From Tubiluchus corallicola (taxonomy: Eukaryota; Animalia; Priapulida): 64,000 nt of DNA. Each line of letters opens with the position of its first letter. Position 1 is the first letter of the stretch. This document shows positions 1-14,500 of this stretch, one piece after another. The stretch lies in contig JAQGDQ010000207.1 of assembly GCA_030141605.1 (NCBI GenBank), positions 294,526 to 358,525 on the forward strand, read 5' to 3'. The notes beneath the pieces were generated by a model. It was not told the origin of the DNA and did no database searches. It worked only from the letters and a program-made list of their open reading frames with translations. The translations under genes and the position numbers were made by a program.

Positions 1-3000
1 GTACTGAAACGCAAGTCAAAAGAAACTACAAGTGCGCAGAAAGAAAAGGACGGTCCCGAGAAAACAATAAAAAGTGCACTAAAGGACCCTCAAAACCCGT
101 CTAAGTCTAAAATCGTACAGCTTGTGGATACTCACAGAGGCATAGCAGTGGGTTTGTTGGGCGGTTCTGATCCAAAAGACACAGACAGCAAGTAAGTCCT
201 GTCATTTTAATCCTTCATTTCGGCCTAGGATTTACAGCGGTAAGGTGAAGTAGTCAACACAATGTTCAGGAGTATAAATAATATCAATTTCAATCAATTT
301 AGCTCACAACATTACATAACATATAATTCAAGCATAGTTTAAAACCATTCACACTCGTAACACGTGTAATTATCATTAGACTTGTTACTTGCAAAAGAAC
401 TCAAAACGTCTAACGAAAACTTTTGATTCATCCTATTATAGCAAATATAGACTTGACAAGTTGGCGGAAAAATACAACATGATGTGGTGAGTTTATCACC
501 AAGAGTCACCCTAAATACAATATACAGTCCGTTATAATGTTCAAACTAGTGATAGGATGAACCAACTCTAACAATGGCAGAAATAAAAGTGCCAACTAGT
601 ACAAAAATACAACGTGCGCTGCTGTGGTGCTATGAAACCTATATCCATGGTGACTATCTCTTAGCAATAGTAAAGTAATAAATAAAAAGTATAAAAGGTT
701 GTAATTAGTAATAAATAAAAAGAATAACGTGTTGGACAAGTGACTTATATTATCAAAAGAGAGCCATGGTGTAGTGAGCTTTATTCTGTGACCTTGATCG
801 AGTGTTTTACAGTCACCAAACTCAAACATCCTTTAAGGAGCTGGGATACCTTAATATATCCTGACAATTGTGCGTTTAGTAATTAATATTAATACTAACC
901 CTGTTAATATTTAATAAGCCCTTTCTCGGTTTCACCGATTGATGGTGATCGTGAAAAGGTTAATGAATCTAACAATGTTATCTGAACCAAGCAACGCATT
1001 TGTTTACACTTGACAACGCCTCTCAGGCCATGCTGTTGAAAACATTAACAGTTCTTGGCATTAATTTTCACTTCATTTATTTCATTTTACATGAATTGCT
1101 ACTGTTACTACTAGCTGTTAGCCACATGTTTCACCGGTTTCATCTACATGTAGTTACATGCACAAGGTAACTTTACATATTTACAGAAACAGACGCTTTT
1201 ATAAGGTCACTAATGACATTGCGCACATTGTTTACAGCTATAACGGACTCAAGATCATTAAATATTTTATATAAAGAGTATATTTCTTAAAACCGTTTCT
1301 TGTAGTAAAGTTTGACCAAGGAATTATCTTGGAAAAATCCTAAGTGCTAATTGAGAATTATTACAATTATTGGACACATTGGGGACATATCAGATGTGTT
1401 GAGGTGCGTAACTCATTAAAATGATAACGAAATTTTGAATTTCTAGAAATGCAGGTAAATTGTTTACGTCATACGATATAGAAGAAAATAAATGGTACCG
1501 CGGACCAGACATTCCCGAGGGAGTTGATCGTCACGCAGTAGCTTTCCATGATTCAACAATTTACGTTATAGGTGATGTGTTTACCCTTCCTTTCACAGTG
1601 TCTGTGGCTATAGTGCAAAGTTTCAGATTAACTTTGCTAAGTGCCTGTGTTTTTAATGCGAAACTATTAGACAGAGATCTAGAAACTTTTAGACACTACG
1701 TGGAAAATCCGTGCGCCATTGATCATTAGTGACTGCGTAGCATTACCAGTTGATAGCCCAGCGGTAAGCCTCTAGAAATGGCTGATGTCCTGTGTCTTCG
1801 ACCCCTTGACTGAAGTCATCGTTCACCAAACTATTGTCTGAGTCTCTACCAGGCAAGTTTCAAGACACTCGTGTTTCCAAATTAACTGAATTACATGTGG
1901 ATGCCCTCGATCATCGCGGATCTAAGAAAACTCATGCAACGATATCTCGTTATTGTTGATGTTAGGTATTGAGTTTTCTTAGGCATCCACTTTTAATTCA
2001 GATAGTTCGGAAACACATACGGCTAGGCTCATGAAGCTTGTGTGATAGACACCTGGAATAGGGACGCAGAGCTGCTTAATTAGTATGTACATTGCAGTTA
2101 CAGTGCTATAAAAATGTTGTGAAATTACAGCTTGCTGTTAGTCATTCTACAGCCAGGCAATGTATTAACGAACGGCAAGAATAAAATAAAGATAGGAACA
2201 GTCGTCATCATTTTTAAACCAACTCGATTTTACAGTTCTTATTTACTTTAAGTTTAAACTTCATCTTCAGTGGTACATTTATCCAATATTTTTTATGCTT
2301 TACTGTTTTCGCGGCAAAAAATCGTTTCTATAATAATAGCAAGCCAGTTCACTTCAGGTCATTGTAGAAGCGATTTTGTCTGTGGAACTATAACCAACAG
2401 TATTTTACCACACTTCATAAACTGAAATAACATGATTAAGCTGACAAACTAGAATTATGTTAATAAATAGGGGGTGCAAAAATGCAGTCAAAGCAGAAGA
2501 AGGGCGCCCTGAAAGCAATAAAGCGTTGCTACAAATACGACACAAAGAAGAAAGTCTGGAGCGAAATACCGAAGATGATTAAGCCCAGGATGGACCACGA
2601 GTGTGTCATGATGGGTGATATAATATATGCTATCGGTGGACAAGATGACAAAATGCAGTGAGTAGAGAGTGCAAAAATTCATAAACTTCGAACGTTAAAG
2701 GAAAACTGAATGACTTTGTAGGCATTAGTTCGAAATCAAGTATGCTGTAAAATACTGAAAACTACAAAAGCTTTTTTGAAATCAAAGTTTAGATTAAATA
2801 ATAATTACTTCGGGTGGCTAAATTTTGTCAGACTTTCAAAGCTACGCACGGCTCAGTGAATCCACTAAGACTGGCAATTGCACCTTTTTGTCATATTCGC
2901 GTGCTCGACAAATAGGCGCATCACCGTAGTAAGCATGATTATGAACTATAGTATTCATCTGTGACGTAAGTGTGACGTAGAGCTCATTTTCGTGACATCA

Positions 3001-6000
3001 CATCAGCGTCTTATAGCAGTCTTCGCTTATGCAACGTGCTTGACGCGCAGGGAAGATGCCTACCATTGCACTAACTGTGGTTAGTTTGAGAAGTAAGAGA
3101 CAGTTGTGTTCGGTTGCCGTTAATTAACTTTCCAAGGTAATTATTCAAATATTAGAAACAATTACTAACTTCATAGGCAAGAAAATGTATATTTTGGACA
3201 GTAAATTCAAATGACATTAAGTCTGGTTTTCCTTCGAACAAAACTGTTCTTTCTTCTGACGATTTGATTAAGATGACTGAGAAACTCGATGAAATTGTTC
3301 GTAATTGTCCCCATTAAAGCTAAACTGACAACCCAACAAAGCTGTCAGCTGATTCCCTAAAAGTATACCAGGAACATGGGTTTCGTGACCTTCGGGATTA
3401 TACCGTTTTTCTGGTCTTACACAGCCTATGACTGTTCATCTCAAATTGTGATAAAAATTTGATTCTGAACTTCTACCTATTTTCGTTTTCAAAAAAAGCT
3501 GATTTTCAAAATGTCAGTTTGCGCATATGTACGTAGTTTACCATAAAAACCAACAGTTCTGGTAAAATGAACATTTTAATTACATATTTTTCCATATAAA
3601 AAATATTGGTACAATGTTGTGACAAGTCCGTATTTCCGTATGGTATCCATATTTCCAAAAATAATGTGACAACATTGGTACAATATTGTCATGCTACCTG
3701 GGATGTAAGTCTAAATGGACTACGTACTTAAGATAAGATATCATTACCAGGTTTTTTTATTCATCAGAAGCAAAAATACAATGACGTAATAATCACAACA
3801 GTGCAATAAGTTCAACATGTTAAAATTTGTTTATTCTTGTTTTTTACAGCGTTTGTGTTCTTGCTCCTCGATTCCCGCCTAACAAGAGTTTTGTTCTTGG
3901 CAAAATAACATTTTATTCACACTAGAAATATTTCGATTACAAAATATCCTAATATTCAAGTTGTCTTTTCTCTTAAGGGTCACCAATTCAGCAGAGATGT
4001 TTAGTCCTGATCTTGATAAGTGGCGTACAGTCGCTCCGATGACCCATGGCCGCCGAATGTTTGGCGCGGCCGTTTATAACAAACAAATTTACGTAGTTGG
4101 AGGAATAGAAGAAGGACCACCCGGGGACATGCCACTCTCTTCTGTCATAGAGGCATATGATGCTGTCAAAAACATGTAAGAGTAGGTCCACCTTAGAGAA
4201 AAACTCAAGAACACACAATTTGGCCAAAACTATTGTTTACAAATAATAATTTATTGACAATTCAGCACAATACAATTTTACAATTTATTACAAAACATTC
4301 CAAATACAATGAATGCAACACACTACACACCATGATAACTATTTTTAATATGTGTATGAATCAGCTATTATTTGTTCTGCACACAACATTCCTTTGTGGA
4401 TTATGTCTCTAGAAAACGTCTCTTTCACTGTTGATTAAATCTGTCTTGTCTGTTTGTATGTAATGTAATGGTGGCTCAATAAACAAACACATGCATTACA
4501 ATACAGAAAATTACGCAGACAAAAAACCCCGCGTATGGGAATGATCGACTTTCAACACAATAATGATAATAATAAAATTAATAAACCGCATTTACAATAG
4601 TTAAATATTGCAATTATATTATATCGTTTAGTTATATTGCAAAATTTGTTCCATTTTCCAAGTTCCAGTACAAAACGAGTTTTAGAATTGCAAGTACAGG
4701 TTACGACAAATTTGTATTGTTGAACATAGAGCATTAGAATTTACAACATTCTAAACATAATATTGTTCACATTTTTCCCCAAGAAAGTGTTACTATTTCA
4801 TTTACTATTTTGGAGAGATAAACGACTAATCTGTTCACTTCGTTTTCTTCTATTTATATTTAAAACGTGTTTAATTTCGTACATAATCATTTCTTATTCT
4901 TATCTTTATTCTTATTCTTATTCTTATTCTCATTCTCATTCTCATTCTCATTCTCATTCTCATTCTCATTCTCATTCTCATTCTCATTCTCATTCTCATT
5001 CTCATTCTCATTCTCATTCTCATTCTCATTCCAATCCCTACTCCTATTCTTATTTCTATTCTTATTTGATTCTCATTTAGTTTAGTACATACGTGTGTTG
5101 CTGAAACGCTGAAGATGCTTAAACATTGTCAACAAAGTTTGTTAAAATGTGGAACTTTTAAATGAAGCAAAAGAACAAACGCTTATAGAAAAGCGCTGCC
5201 TACACTAAATTAATGGATTAAATCTGTGAAGTACAGCAAAGGAATTTTTACATTATTAAATTTAAAAGCTGAGTAGAATCTCTTTAACACACCTGTGTGG
5301 AAAGTTCTTATGCATGAAGTTAACTTTAGCTGCATAACTGCTTTTCAACAGAAATTTTAATGACATTGCCTGTAGTATGAACATTTTTCGTGGTATCTTA
5401 GTAGTAAAATGACGGAAAAATTTTCAGATGGACCACAAAAGACCCGCTAAATAAAGGCAGGGCTGGCTTGTCTTTATGTAACGTTGATGGTCGATTGTTC
5501 ATGATTGGAGGAGTTACGGAATCGTTTAATCCAAAGAAACGTGTAGAACCCCTTTCAACAATTGAAGTATACGACAGCAATACAGGCAGGTGGGAAAAAG
5601 AGACTACTTTTGAACTCGAGAGGACGCGCTGCGTGGCTGTATGTGCTGGTAAGCAACTTATGTTTGAAATAAGTTTTTGAAATGAAATAAGTTCATTCAC
5701 CAACAACCACATAGATATGGAGAACTATAATACTACAGCACCCAAAATTAGTCTGAAACAACAAATAGCATCGATTGTTATTCATCTAAGTCGTCTTGAT
5801 TACGATGTAGAAAACTTTAGTGTACATTAGAATGCCAAAGAACCAAAAAAGGTATCACTGGCCAAGTGGTCACTATTTCATTGGAAACTAATGGCTCTAG
5901 CTGCAAACGAATATTATTGGATTAGCACAAAGAAGCCAGCCGTTTTTCTGCAATAAGCTTTGGATGGGAAAAGCGAAAAGTTATCAGCAATAATAAAGAC

Positions 6001-7654
6001 CCGGTGACAGAAAATACAACAATATGCTGTTACGAAAAGCACAGTATAAAGTTATTTCATGTGCCATAAATAAAAGAAATATATACATTCCAGTCATTGG
6101 ACTTTTGGTCCAAAAACAGGAAACACACGCAAAAACAATTGTGCACAGTAACACACAAACAAAACATGTAATCTGACAAGCACTATCAGATGTATATTAG
6201 TCTGAAAGACTGTTGGTAAAGTACAGAATAATACATGATAGTTATAGTTATGCATAGTTATAGGTTGACTTCGAATTTATAAGAAAGTTGTATATTGTCT
6301 AAAATTGTTGCAATGATAATATAGTAAAGTTAAATTAGCCCTAAAATATTTATGGAACTAAAATGGTTTGATCTGCCCACACAAGTTCGTTTTTGGAGTT
6401 AAAAGGAATAAAAGATGGCACGAAAGCTGATACATATTACCCAACGTTTCTGAGTAAAACCCAGTCCATCTTCAAAGAGAATCTGTAAAAACAAGAACTT
6501 ATAGATAAATTTATTGACCATGTAGCACATTACAATGCAATAAGTCTGTTTACTGCTCTAACGATTGATGATGATCGTGAAAAGGTCCAGACCTCACATT
6601 TGTGTACACTTGACAATGCCTCGCAGCCCATGCTGTTGTAATAGTAGCAGTTCTCACATGTTTTAGCAGCTAGCTAGAACCTTACCTAGTTCATTTTTCC
6701 TCGTTCTCAAGTAAGATCCTGCTAATAAATCGCTCTATGCAAAGACTAATGCATAATTAAGCAAAGTCCAAGTAAAACAACTGAAATTACTAAAGTGATG
6801 TGGCAAACGGCTTTCCTTTACCCACATGTCATGTGATGGTTGTAGTTAAGACGCGTTGCTGTAGTACACTTAACCTTTGACTACAGCAACTGCGCGTGTG
6901 CACAACGAAACTGCGAAAAGGCTTATTCGTTACAATACATTTCAATAATAATTTATTACAGCATATAGCAGTAATATAATGTAAACCATAAAGCGTAAAA
7001 ATATCACTTGCATATAACCAGAACACAATAACAACTTTTGAACAGAAGGCAATCTCTAATCAGACTACTAAGACTACCATCGTTGTGTTCTAGTTATTTG
7101 TGTTTGATATTTGTTTGCTTTTTCTTATCACTTACTTGATTTTATCTGAATAGTTCACACAAATTTTTTCCTGAAAATCGAGTGAGTTTTACTCTGAAAC
7201 GCCAGATAAAGTACTCTTTTTCTAACCAGTTTTCTTAACAAACGCATGTTGTCTGTACTTGTTTGCCTATTAGTACTGGCAGAGCAATTTTCTCGACAAC
7301 TCACTGAAATCATGTATGCTAGCAAAATTAAATGCATGGCTTCCCTGGTAAAGGAGTAAATGAAAAAAAATCTGGTCACCATGCAAACAATACCGTTGTT
7401 TGTCCGTTTCTGAAGCTAAACGTAGGAAAACAGTCCTTAAAACAAATGATATCAAGGGAATTTAAGCCGATGCTTTCTTTGCAGAATCACGTTTGTATAT
7501 CTTTGGAGGAACTGCCACAGATAGAAACCAAACTTGCCTCTCCGAAGTCAGCTGTTATGACACTTCGACCAAGACATGGATAGAAGGACTGGCCAGCCAT
7601 CGAAAACCCACTCTAGGAATGCGGGCCATTGTCTACAAGAAAGCTAGAAACTAA
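1..7654 (+). CDS. Kelch-repeat protein, paralogue 1 (5'-truncated; linker + six Kelch repeats; presumably BTB-BACK-Kelch)
   Basis: Exons <1-191, 1447-1571, 2471-2657, 3978-4175, 5428-5648, 7485-7654 (TAA). All introns are GT-AG with compatible phases. Translation shows Kelch GG..Y..W motifs (GLLGG, IYVIGG, IYAIGGQ, IYVVGG, LFMIGG, LYIFGG). Intron positions match paralogues 2 and 3. Confidence 0.92.
912..1070 (+). mobile_element. MITE family A, 5' fragment
   Basis: Starts with a degenerate left TIR (taataagccctttctcggtt). Shares 'tacacttgacaacgcct..ccatgctgttg..aacagttct' with the copies at 6539, 35022 and 38580. Confidence 0.7.
1842..2050. repeat. Fold-back (inverted-repeat) element, probable MITE
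   Basis: 1871-1934 is an imperfect reverse complement of 1970-2016 (gtgtttcc..ctgaatta..gtggatgcc..taagaaaactca), with a 17-nt insertion in the left arm and weaker outward extension. Confidence 0.7.
2699..3233. mobile_element. Possible Kolobok-like non-autonomous DNA transposon
   Basis: Termini ttaa|aggaaaac ... gttttcct, internal TGACGT cluster at ~2960-3000 and weak subterminal inverted similarity. The right-hand TTAA is degenerate. Confidence 0.4.
4892..5065. repeat. (CATTCT)n/(TATTCT)n hexanucleotide microsatellite
   Basis: Directly visible tandem repeat; explains the poly-SH and poly-FS ORFs. Confidence 0.97.
6539..6927 (+). mobile_element. MITE family A, near full-length copy
   Basis: Co-linear with 35022-35433; ends in the right TIR aactgcgaaaaggcttatt. 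Confidence 0.85.
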
Positions 7655-7832
7655 TTTTATAGCAATCTCACTGTCTGTCGTTCCCTGTTTAGTTCCCAAT
7701 ACATCAAGTTCTTCGTTCTTTGTTTTGGTTTGTTCCCTTTTTCTGGGGGAACCACAAGCATTCTGTTTGTTATTACAAAATTTATATTTTTAAATTTATT
7801 CGAATTACCTAATAATACATTTTGTAATGAAT

Positions 7833-7838
7833 AATAAA
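7833..7838 (+). terminator. Candidate polyadenylation signal, Kelch paralogue 1
   Basis: AATAAA ~180 nt after the stop codon, followed by U-rich sequence. Confidence 0.45.
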
Positions 7839-8374
7839 TTGTATTATTTGACTCAGTTATTACTGATCTTTTATTTTTTAATTTGTGCCTATCAGAAGTA
7901 GAAACATCAGCTTTGATTACTCTAACATTGTTTCCATTATTACCTTCTTTATAACTTGTCATCGTAGCATGTCATCACCATCATCATTGTCGTCGTTGTC
8001 GTTATCGTGGTCATCGCCATCATTATTATCAATAGAAAATGCTACAGCTACAATGAGTTACAGTAGAAATGCAATTTAAATCAAATAAGCCTAATATTAC
8101 CACAATATTTTGATACTGAGTCGTGTGATTAAGAAAAAGCAGCAAAGTATAAAAATTTGATTACTACGTTCTTATTTCTCACAAAATATTTATGGAAATT
8201 ACCATGCCTTGTTAACAAAGACATTTCCAAACGCTTCAGCATCTTGTTCGAATTCTTGTTTTACAATTTTGAAACACTCTTCAATTTTCAAGCTTCTTGC
8301 TCTAGAGTTGATTCTTCCGCGGACAATATATCTTTTTCTGTTTCAGTTTTCTACAGACGTGACGTAATAAATTT

Positions 8375-8382
8375 TGACGTCA
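8375..8382. promoter_or_regulatory. CRE palindrome TGACGTCA upstream of paralogue 2
   Basis: Perfect CREB/ATF/CREM consensus ~180 bp before the predicted ATG, plus a TGACGTAA site at 8360-8367. Confidence 0.45.
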
Positions 8383-8561
8383 TTTATGACAGTGTGCTTA
8401 AATTTTGCTCGTGATATTTGAAATAGCTACTTCGCATGAGGATCAATTCCCCCGACCTCTCACTGCCATAGGATGATACCATCAGTCCTGGTAGCATGGG
8501 GTAGGTTTTCGAACAAGTGAAAACCAATATTTGGAAAGGACTGATGGATTAAAACGTCAGA

Positions 8562-11500
8562 ATGATGGCGACGGAAGCTGAAGAGGTTCAGATAAATCCT
8601 CTCAGTGAAGCATCAGATAGTGGCATCCTTAGGACAATGAAGGATCGGGTGAGGTGACCTTTAAAAACTTTCAAACAAGCTTACTATAACTTGTGAATAT
8701 CTTATTACTTTGATTAATTGTACAGCATTATATTTAGTTTTTGTACCATTAAAACTTGGATTAAGCTCGAAAGCACAAACATTCAACTTGCTAGAGCCAG
8801 AGCAGTTAACTGCTAATGTATCGAACGTTGTTGATGTAAATAAGTTTGCTCTTAAATCTCGAGTATGAACATAATCTAGAGTTTCTTTTTAGAAATGTTA
8901 AAGCAGACGCAGGGTGCTAAATAATTAAGCAAGGAAATGCATTGTTATCTCTATATTGAGCGTACAACACTTTATTTTTAATTTTCCTTTTAAATTTTGC
9001 TCCAATTCGGCAAGCTCTCACATGAATCAAAAGGGCCCCTTGGCAATTCTTTTTATTTATCTTTTGACTGAAATTCCGTTGCTATGACTATAACAGTAGC
9101 GTCAGAAATGAGGTGCAAAACCAACCTGACACGAGGTTCTTCTATCACCAGTTAAAATTTATCGAAAATTCAGAGCACAATACAGACCACACGATTAGCA
9201 ATGTATTTTTTCAGCAAGATGCAGTACTTTCTCATCACTCACAGACACTCAATGCATGATGCCCAACTTGTCATTGTACTGGCTTCTTAGGCTCTTGAGG
9301 CCCCTGAAGAAGGTTACGAATATAGCAAACTCTACTTGTGCAGCAGTTTTTTTAAAGATTTTCGTCTTTAAATCGTCTTAAAGAATTCTACCTTAAGATT
9401 TCAGTACATCTGTACCAATTTTCAAACATTTTGATTCGTTTGGTAAAAGTTAATATAGAAAATGTAATGTATATAGTGACTTCTGGAACATCCTGTATAT
9501 AAAGATGAAAATCTACCTGTGTTCCTATTTATGCACGCCAACATGCTGCAGCACGCCTCAAAATGAGATCCAAAACAAGAATTAGCAAGGCCCAAGGAAG
9601 ATTTTAGGCTTATATCAACTTAGGTCAAACCCCTCACCACCCCCAAAGGCGACCAAAATGAGTACAAAATAGCAGTTGTTAGGGCATTCTACTATATATA
9701 ATCGTTCAGTAAGTCGCTTTAGGGAGTACTGAGTTCGAACATCGATATCCTCATTGTATCCGAACAAAAGCATCCAATATGGCGTCCAAAATGGCGCAAC
9801 GCGGTAGTATTTAGCTCCGCCGCCTCGTAAGAATAAGCCCATTTCACAGCGAGGAGGCACGGCAAAATTTCTCATGCAGTTCCTCGTGAAGAAGTCTGTC
9901 GCTAGCTAGAAATTATGCGCCCTCCTCGTGAGGAATTTTCTCGAAATACTGCATGTTCTATTTTCGCATTTAATCTTCGAGGAATTCAGACTTAAATTCA
10001 GATAAATATCTTGAGTGGTTGCGGCTGTTTTCCGTATCAATTACACTTCATATGGTTACAGTTATCAAGTTTCCTGCAAAGGAAAAGTGGTTGCTCATCA
10101 CCGTGCACACCCACTGAGGAAAAAACAGTTCAGGTAGACATCACAGAAGAATCTTGTCCTTATGAAATTGAAGAAATGTCTAGTGACGGGAGTCAAGAGA
10201 GTGAAGAACGAAAAGCAAGTAAGTTATTTACAAGGCCCGCCACACAGTACGACACCAAGAAGCCGAAATCAGTGCCAAACAAGACAAAACATGTCTGAGA
10301 CGAATGTCACACCGCAAACGCACAACGATACCACATATTTGACATAAAAGCTTAATTTTAGCACGTTCATAATTTTGGCTTCATGGTGAGTCTTTGTAAC
10401 TGCAAGTACGCTCTCTTTTATCCTTTTCGGTTTATGGCTATGCTTATTTTACTTTGTGTTGTAACTGTTTTCTTCTAAACTGTATTTTATTTGTCACTTT
10501 TTGTGGCATTTCTCGAAAGTGAATGAGTTTTTTGGAATCTTTGTGCTACAAGTCAAAATCTGGGACACGCAAAAGAACCAGCTTTATGAACCAGAAAGAG
10601 TCACAGATTATGTTTAGGCATCTAAAAACACAGTGTATAATTGTATACTTTTGTAGAAAGAGGAACAGCCACCAGGAAGGAGCTATAAGGAGTAAACTAC
10701 ATTTACTTTGAAAGTATAAATAAATAACGAATACTTATTTCAAAGTCAAAAAGTTCATGTTTTTAGGTAAAAAAGTTGAAGAAGATAGTAAAAACGCTTT
10801 TGTCAGAAAATGCTTGCCCAATGTAGTAGTAACAATACAAAACCACAGATTCCTAGCGCACAGAAAACTCCTCGCACGTAGAAGTCAGTACTTTGCTGAT
10901 TTATTACATCACGAGATACCAGACTGCCCGCAAGAAATCACAGAAATCACTTTTGATGACATCACTCCCAATGCCTTCAAATTACTTCTGAATTACTACT
11001 ACGGCAACGGTCTCCATCTAACCATAGACTGTGTGTGCGACGTACTTGACGCGGCAAAGAAATTAGAGAACAAGGAACTAGTTGTCACTTGCGATGACTT
11101 TTTAAACGGTCTTCTGTCAGTCAATTCTGTCCTTGACACATACCAGAAAGCTCGAGAGGAAGGACTGTTGGAATTGCAAAATAGAAGTCGAAGTGTGATT
11201 GGCAAAAATTTCAAAACCATTTCAAACACCATATCATTCTTGAAGCTGCCAGTAGATGTGCTCTGTGAAATATTATCAAACAGCAACGTGCAGGTAAATA
11301 AACGCTTCAAGTACATATATTATACGATTGTCACGTGTGCACTTGCACGTGATTTTAACATTATTTAATTTAACTTTATTTTATTCACTTGATTAACAAT
11401 CAGCCGGCATGAATGCATTAAAATTATTATACTATACATATTTGCAAAATATTAGTGACAATGAGACGGTAATAGTAGTAAAAATATTTATTTTCCATAA

Positions 11501-14500
11501 AAGAGTTGCATAAGAATACAACAATTCTCTTGTCTTGTTGTGCCGCGACCAAAATCTGGTTTTATCAAAACTTAATTAAAAAACAAATGTATCAGTTACT
11601 ACGAGTTTCCATAATTCGGCATTTCATTCTCTGCCGATCTCAAAAGTAAATTAACAGGCTAATTAAAACTAATTAAGCATTCGTAAAGTCACTCGTTAAG
11701 TAAGTTATACAATAGTTATACAATCATTATGAAGAGATACCACGCCTGTGTGCGTGTGTACGTGGCGCATGCTTGTGTGCTTTTATGTTTGTTTGTAACA
11801 TTTTTAGGTAAGGAGTGAGATTGACGTATTTAACGCAGCACTGCAATGGCTGGAATATGACCGCAAAGTGCGCATGCGCTGTATGTACTGCGTCATGAAG
11901 TGCATTCGCTTCTCCACAATGCTTTTGGAGGAGTTGAACCAGTGTCTGGAGGATGCGCCCTTCCTGATGGAGAACTTGCAAACACGTGATCTGGTGTTGA
12001 ATGCTCATTGGTGAGTGTCATAATAGCCCCATTTTGTACTTACAAACCCAGTAACACACCAAACTTCCACATCCCGTCTTAGCTTAGATCACAAAAAAAT
12101 AAAAAATTACTTCTGTCATTTAAAATTTAGTAACTGACGCTGACATTTTGCTGTCCAGTAAAACTTATAGCTTAAAATAATTATTATTTTTAAAAAATTC
12201 ATAGGTACAAGACTTGTATGACGATGAAAATCCCAACCAGAGCAAAATTTATCCCCGTGCTACCCACTCGAAAATTCAAACTCCCAGAAGTAAGTTTAGC
12301 AGATTAACAGATTAAGACCAAATGACTATTCCTATGACTAATGACTACTATGACTACGGACCCTGACTAATGTCGGACAATATATATATATATACATCGT
12401 TTTTTCGTCTCCTTGATTAATAATGAGGAGGAAAAGCAGTGTCTATATTACTTGGTTATTTTAGTAAAAGTCCGGAGCTCATTGTCCGACATCAGCCCAT
12501 TTTACCCGAATGTTTCACCACAAAATCAGATCTGCCTAACTTATTATACGTAGTAATGTTATTGTTATTATTGTATTCCAAATTATTACCATTTATAATT
12601 GGAAACTCATTAATCGATTAATATGTTTTAGTTGATTATGTAACTATGTTAACAATGCTGCAAATTTGATGCCACATAGGGTGTGCCTAGAAAACCAGTG
12701 CCAGAGATGATCACAGCTCCTAAACCAGAATATGTACCACCACCTCTCAGTACAATTGCCCTGATTGGAGGTCTATTCACTGACGACTGGGACCCCCAGT
12801 AAGTAACGTTAACATAGTATTTTTATTACTCAAAGAAATGGGGATTTGAACTAAGAACCGGCACTCTCAAACATCTTACAAGATTCACGCATATGTTGCC
12901 TCAGTGAACTAGAGTGAATATCGTTTCTTCAAGAATGATTTACGTGAAATAATTGTTAGCACGAAAGTATTTCGCATCGTTTGTTTTTCGCTGTTACATG
13001 TATTTCACCATTCGCTAGTTTCATGGACGCAGCGCCCGTATCTCGAAAAGGTGTTAAACAAACAGTAGGTGATGTACCTGTCAGTTCAATACTGACGCGT
13101 TGGTACATCGGTAAGCTTGGAATTTAAGTTTTTAAGTTAGCATTTGCCAAGTTGCCATAAGTCATAGTCAGTGTTATACAGCAGTATGGTATTTCAATTT
13201 TTGTGCTTGTAAACACGTGCAACACGCGCACGGAAAATTTTTGCCGTTTAAAATCATGTTCACTTGTGACGTCAGAGTTAACTGTACTCAGCAAAGTAAC
13301 TTACTTAGCAGGGAGGCCAAAGTACAAAATATTTTCAAAACGCGCACTTATTCTTAAAAGCATCCTAGAAAATTGGAAAACTGTAAGTTTCAGAAAAAGT
13401 GTAAAATAAATATCTTTGTTTAATAATAACAGGTAGCAAAATGTCGTGTAAATACACATAAATATTGGAGTTAGATACACAAGATATTTACGATGTTTTC
13501 TCAGTTACGACACTTCCGTGTTTTCTGAATACCTCTTTTGTCCAGTGGAATCAAAGCTGTTGAGTAAAGAGAGTCGGGGTTGCATACATAATGCAAGTAT
13601 AATGATGAGAATGATGATGATGATGATAATGATGACGATGGTGATCATAACGACGACGACGATGAGGATAACAATAATGATGACGCTGACAATGATGATG
13701 ATGCTAACGATGATGATGGCGATGATGACAATAATAATTCCTGCTCCCATTGAGAGTGATATGATGAGTTCTGATAAAATGAGATATGTGCTTATGTGAT
13801 GAAGGGTGATTTAACAGTCAGGCTCAATGGTGAAATACATAATGGGAAGAATAATATTTCTTTATCGACTTTTACGAAAATAGCTTCATCTACTTCGAAC
13901 TTTGCTGACCTATAAGATCTATTGCTGTTAAACGTGATGTTAATTTGCAGGAGGAGAGGCAAATACTTTTTAGCTTATGACACAAAAACGGATGAATGGA
14001 CCCAAAGACCGAGTTTGCCAGAAGGGTTCAATTTCCATGGAGTGGCATCACTTGGGACGGTCATCTTTCTGATAGGTAAACTACATACTTAACGTAAATT
14101 TAAAGCATTAATGGAAGAAATATAGTACTTGAAAATTGACTGTTTATTGTTCTGGATAATGTATTATTGAGTCAAGAGGCTGACCTGCTAAAATGACTTA
14201 TGATATTTGTCGATTTTTCGTTAATAATTCACCGTAGTTTGTTTTTTTTTCTTATCGACTAATACTGTAGATCATTTTAGCAGATCAACCTATTGGTTGA
14301 CTAGGCAGCGAGTCAGGCTGGCAGCCAGATAGTTGGGCAATTTGTTCATCAGTAAATTAGCCAATCAGTTAATGATTTGCTGCATTTTTCAGGGGGAATA
14401 AAAGTAGGAGAACGTGGAAAATTGCCAGTTTCCGATCCTGTACCCCTGTCAATCGGGTACAAGTTTGACACGCAAACTCAGTTATGGAGCAGAATTACGA

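Noticed and set aside
4763-5085. Poly-SH and poly-FS ORFs
   Set aside because: Translation of the (CATTCT)n microsatellite inside an intron.
13267-13274. Third TGACGTCA palindrome
   Set aside because: Intronic, within transposon-like sequence, with no promoter context.
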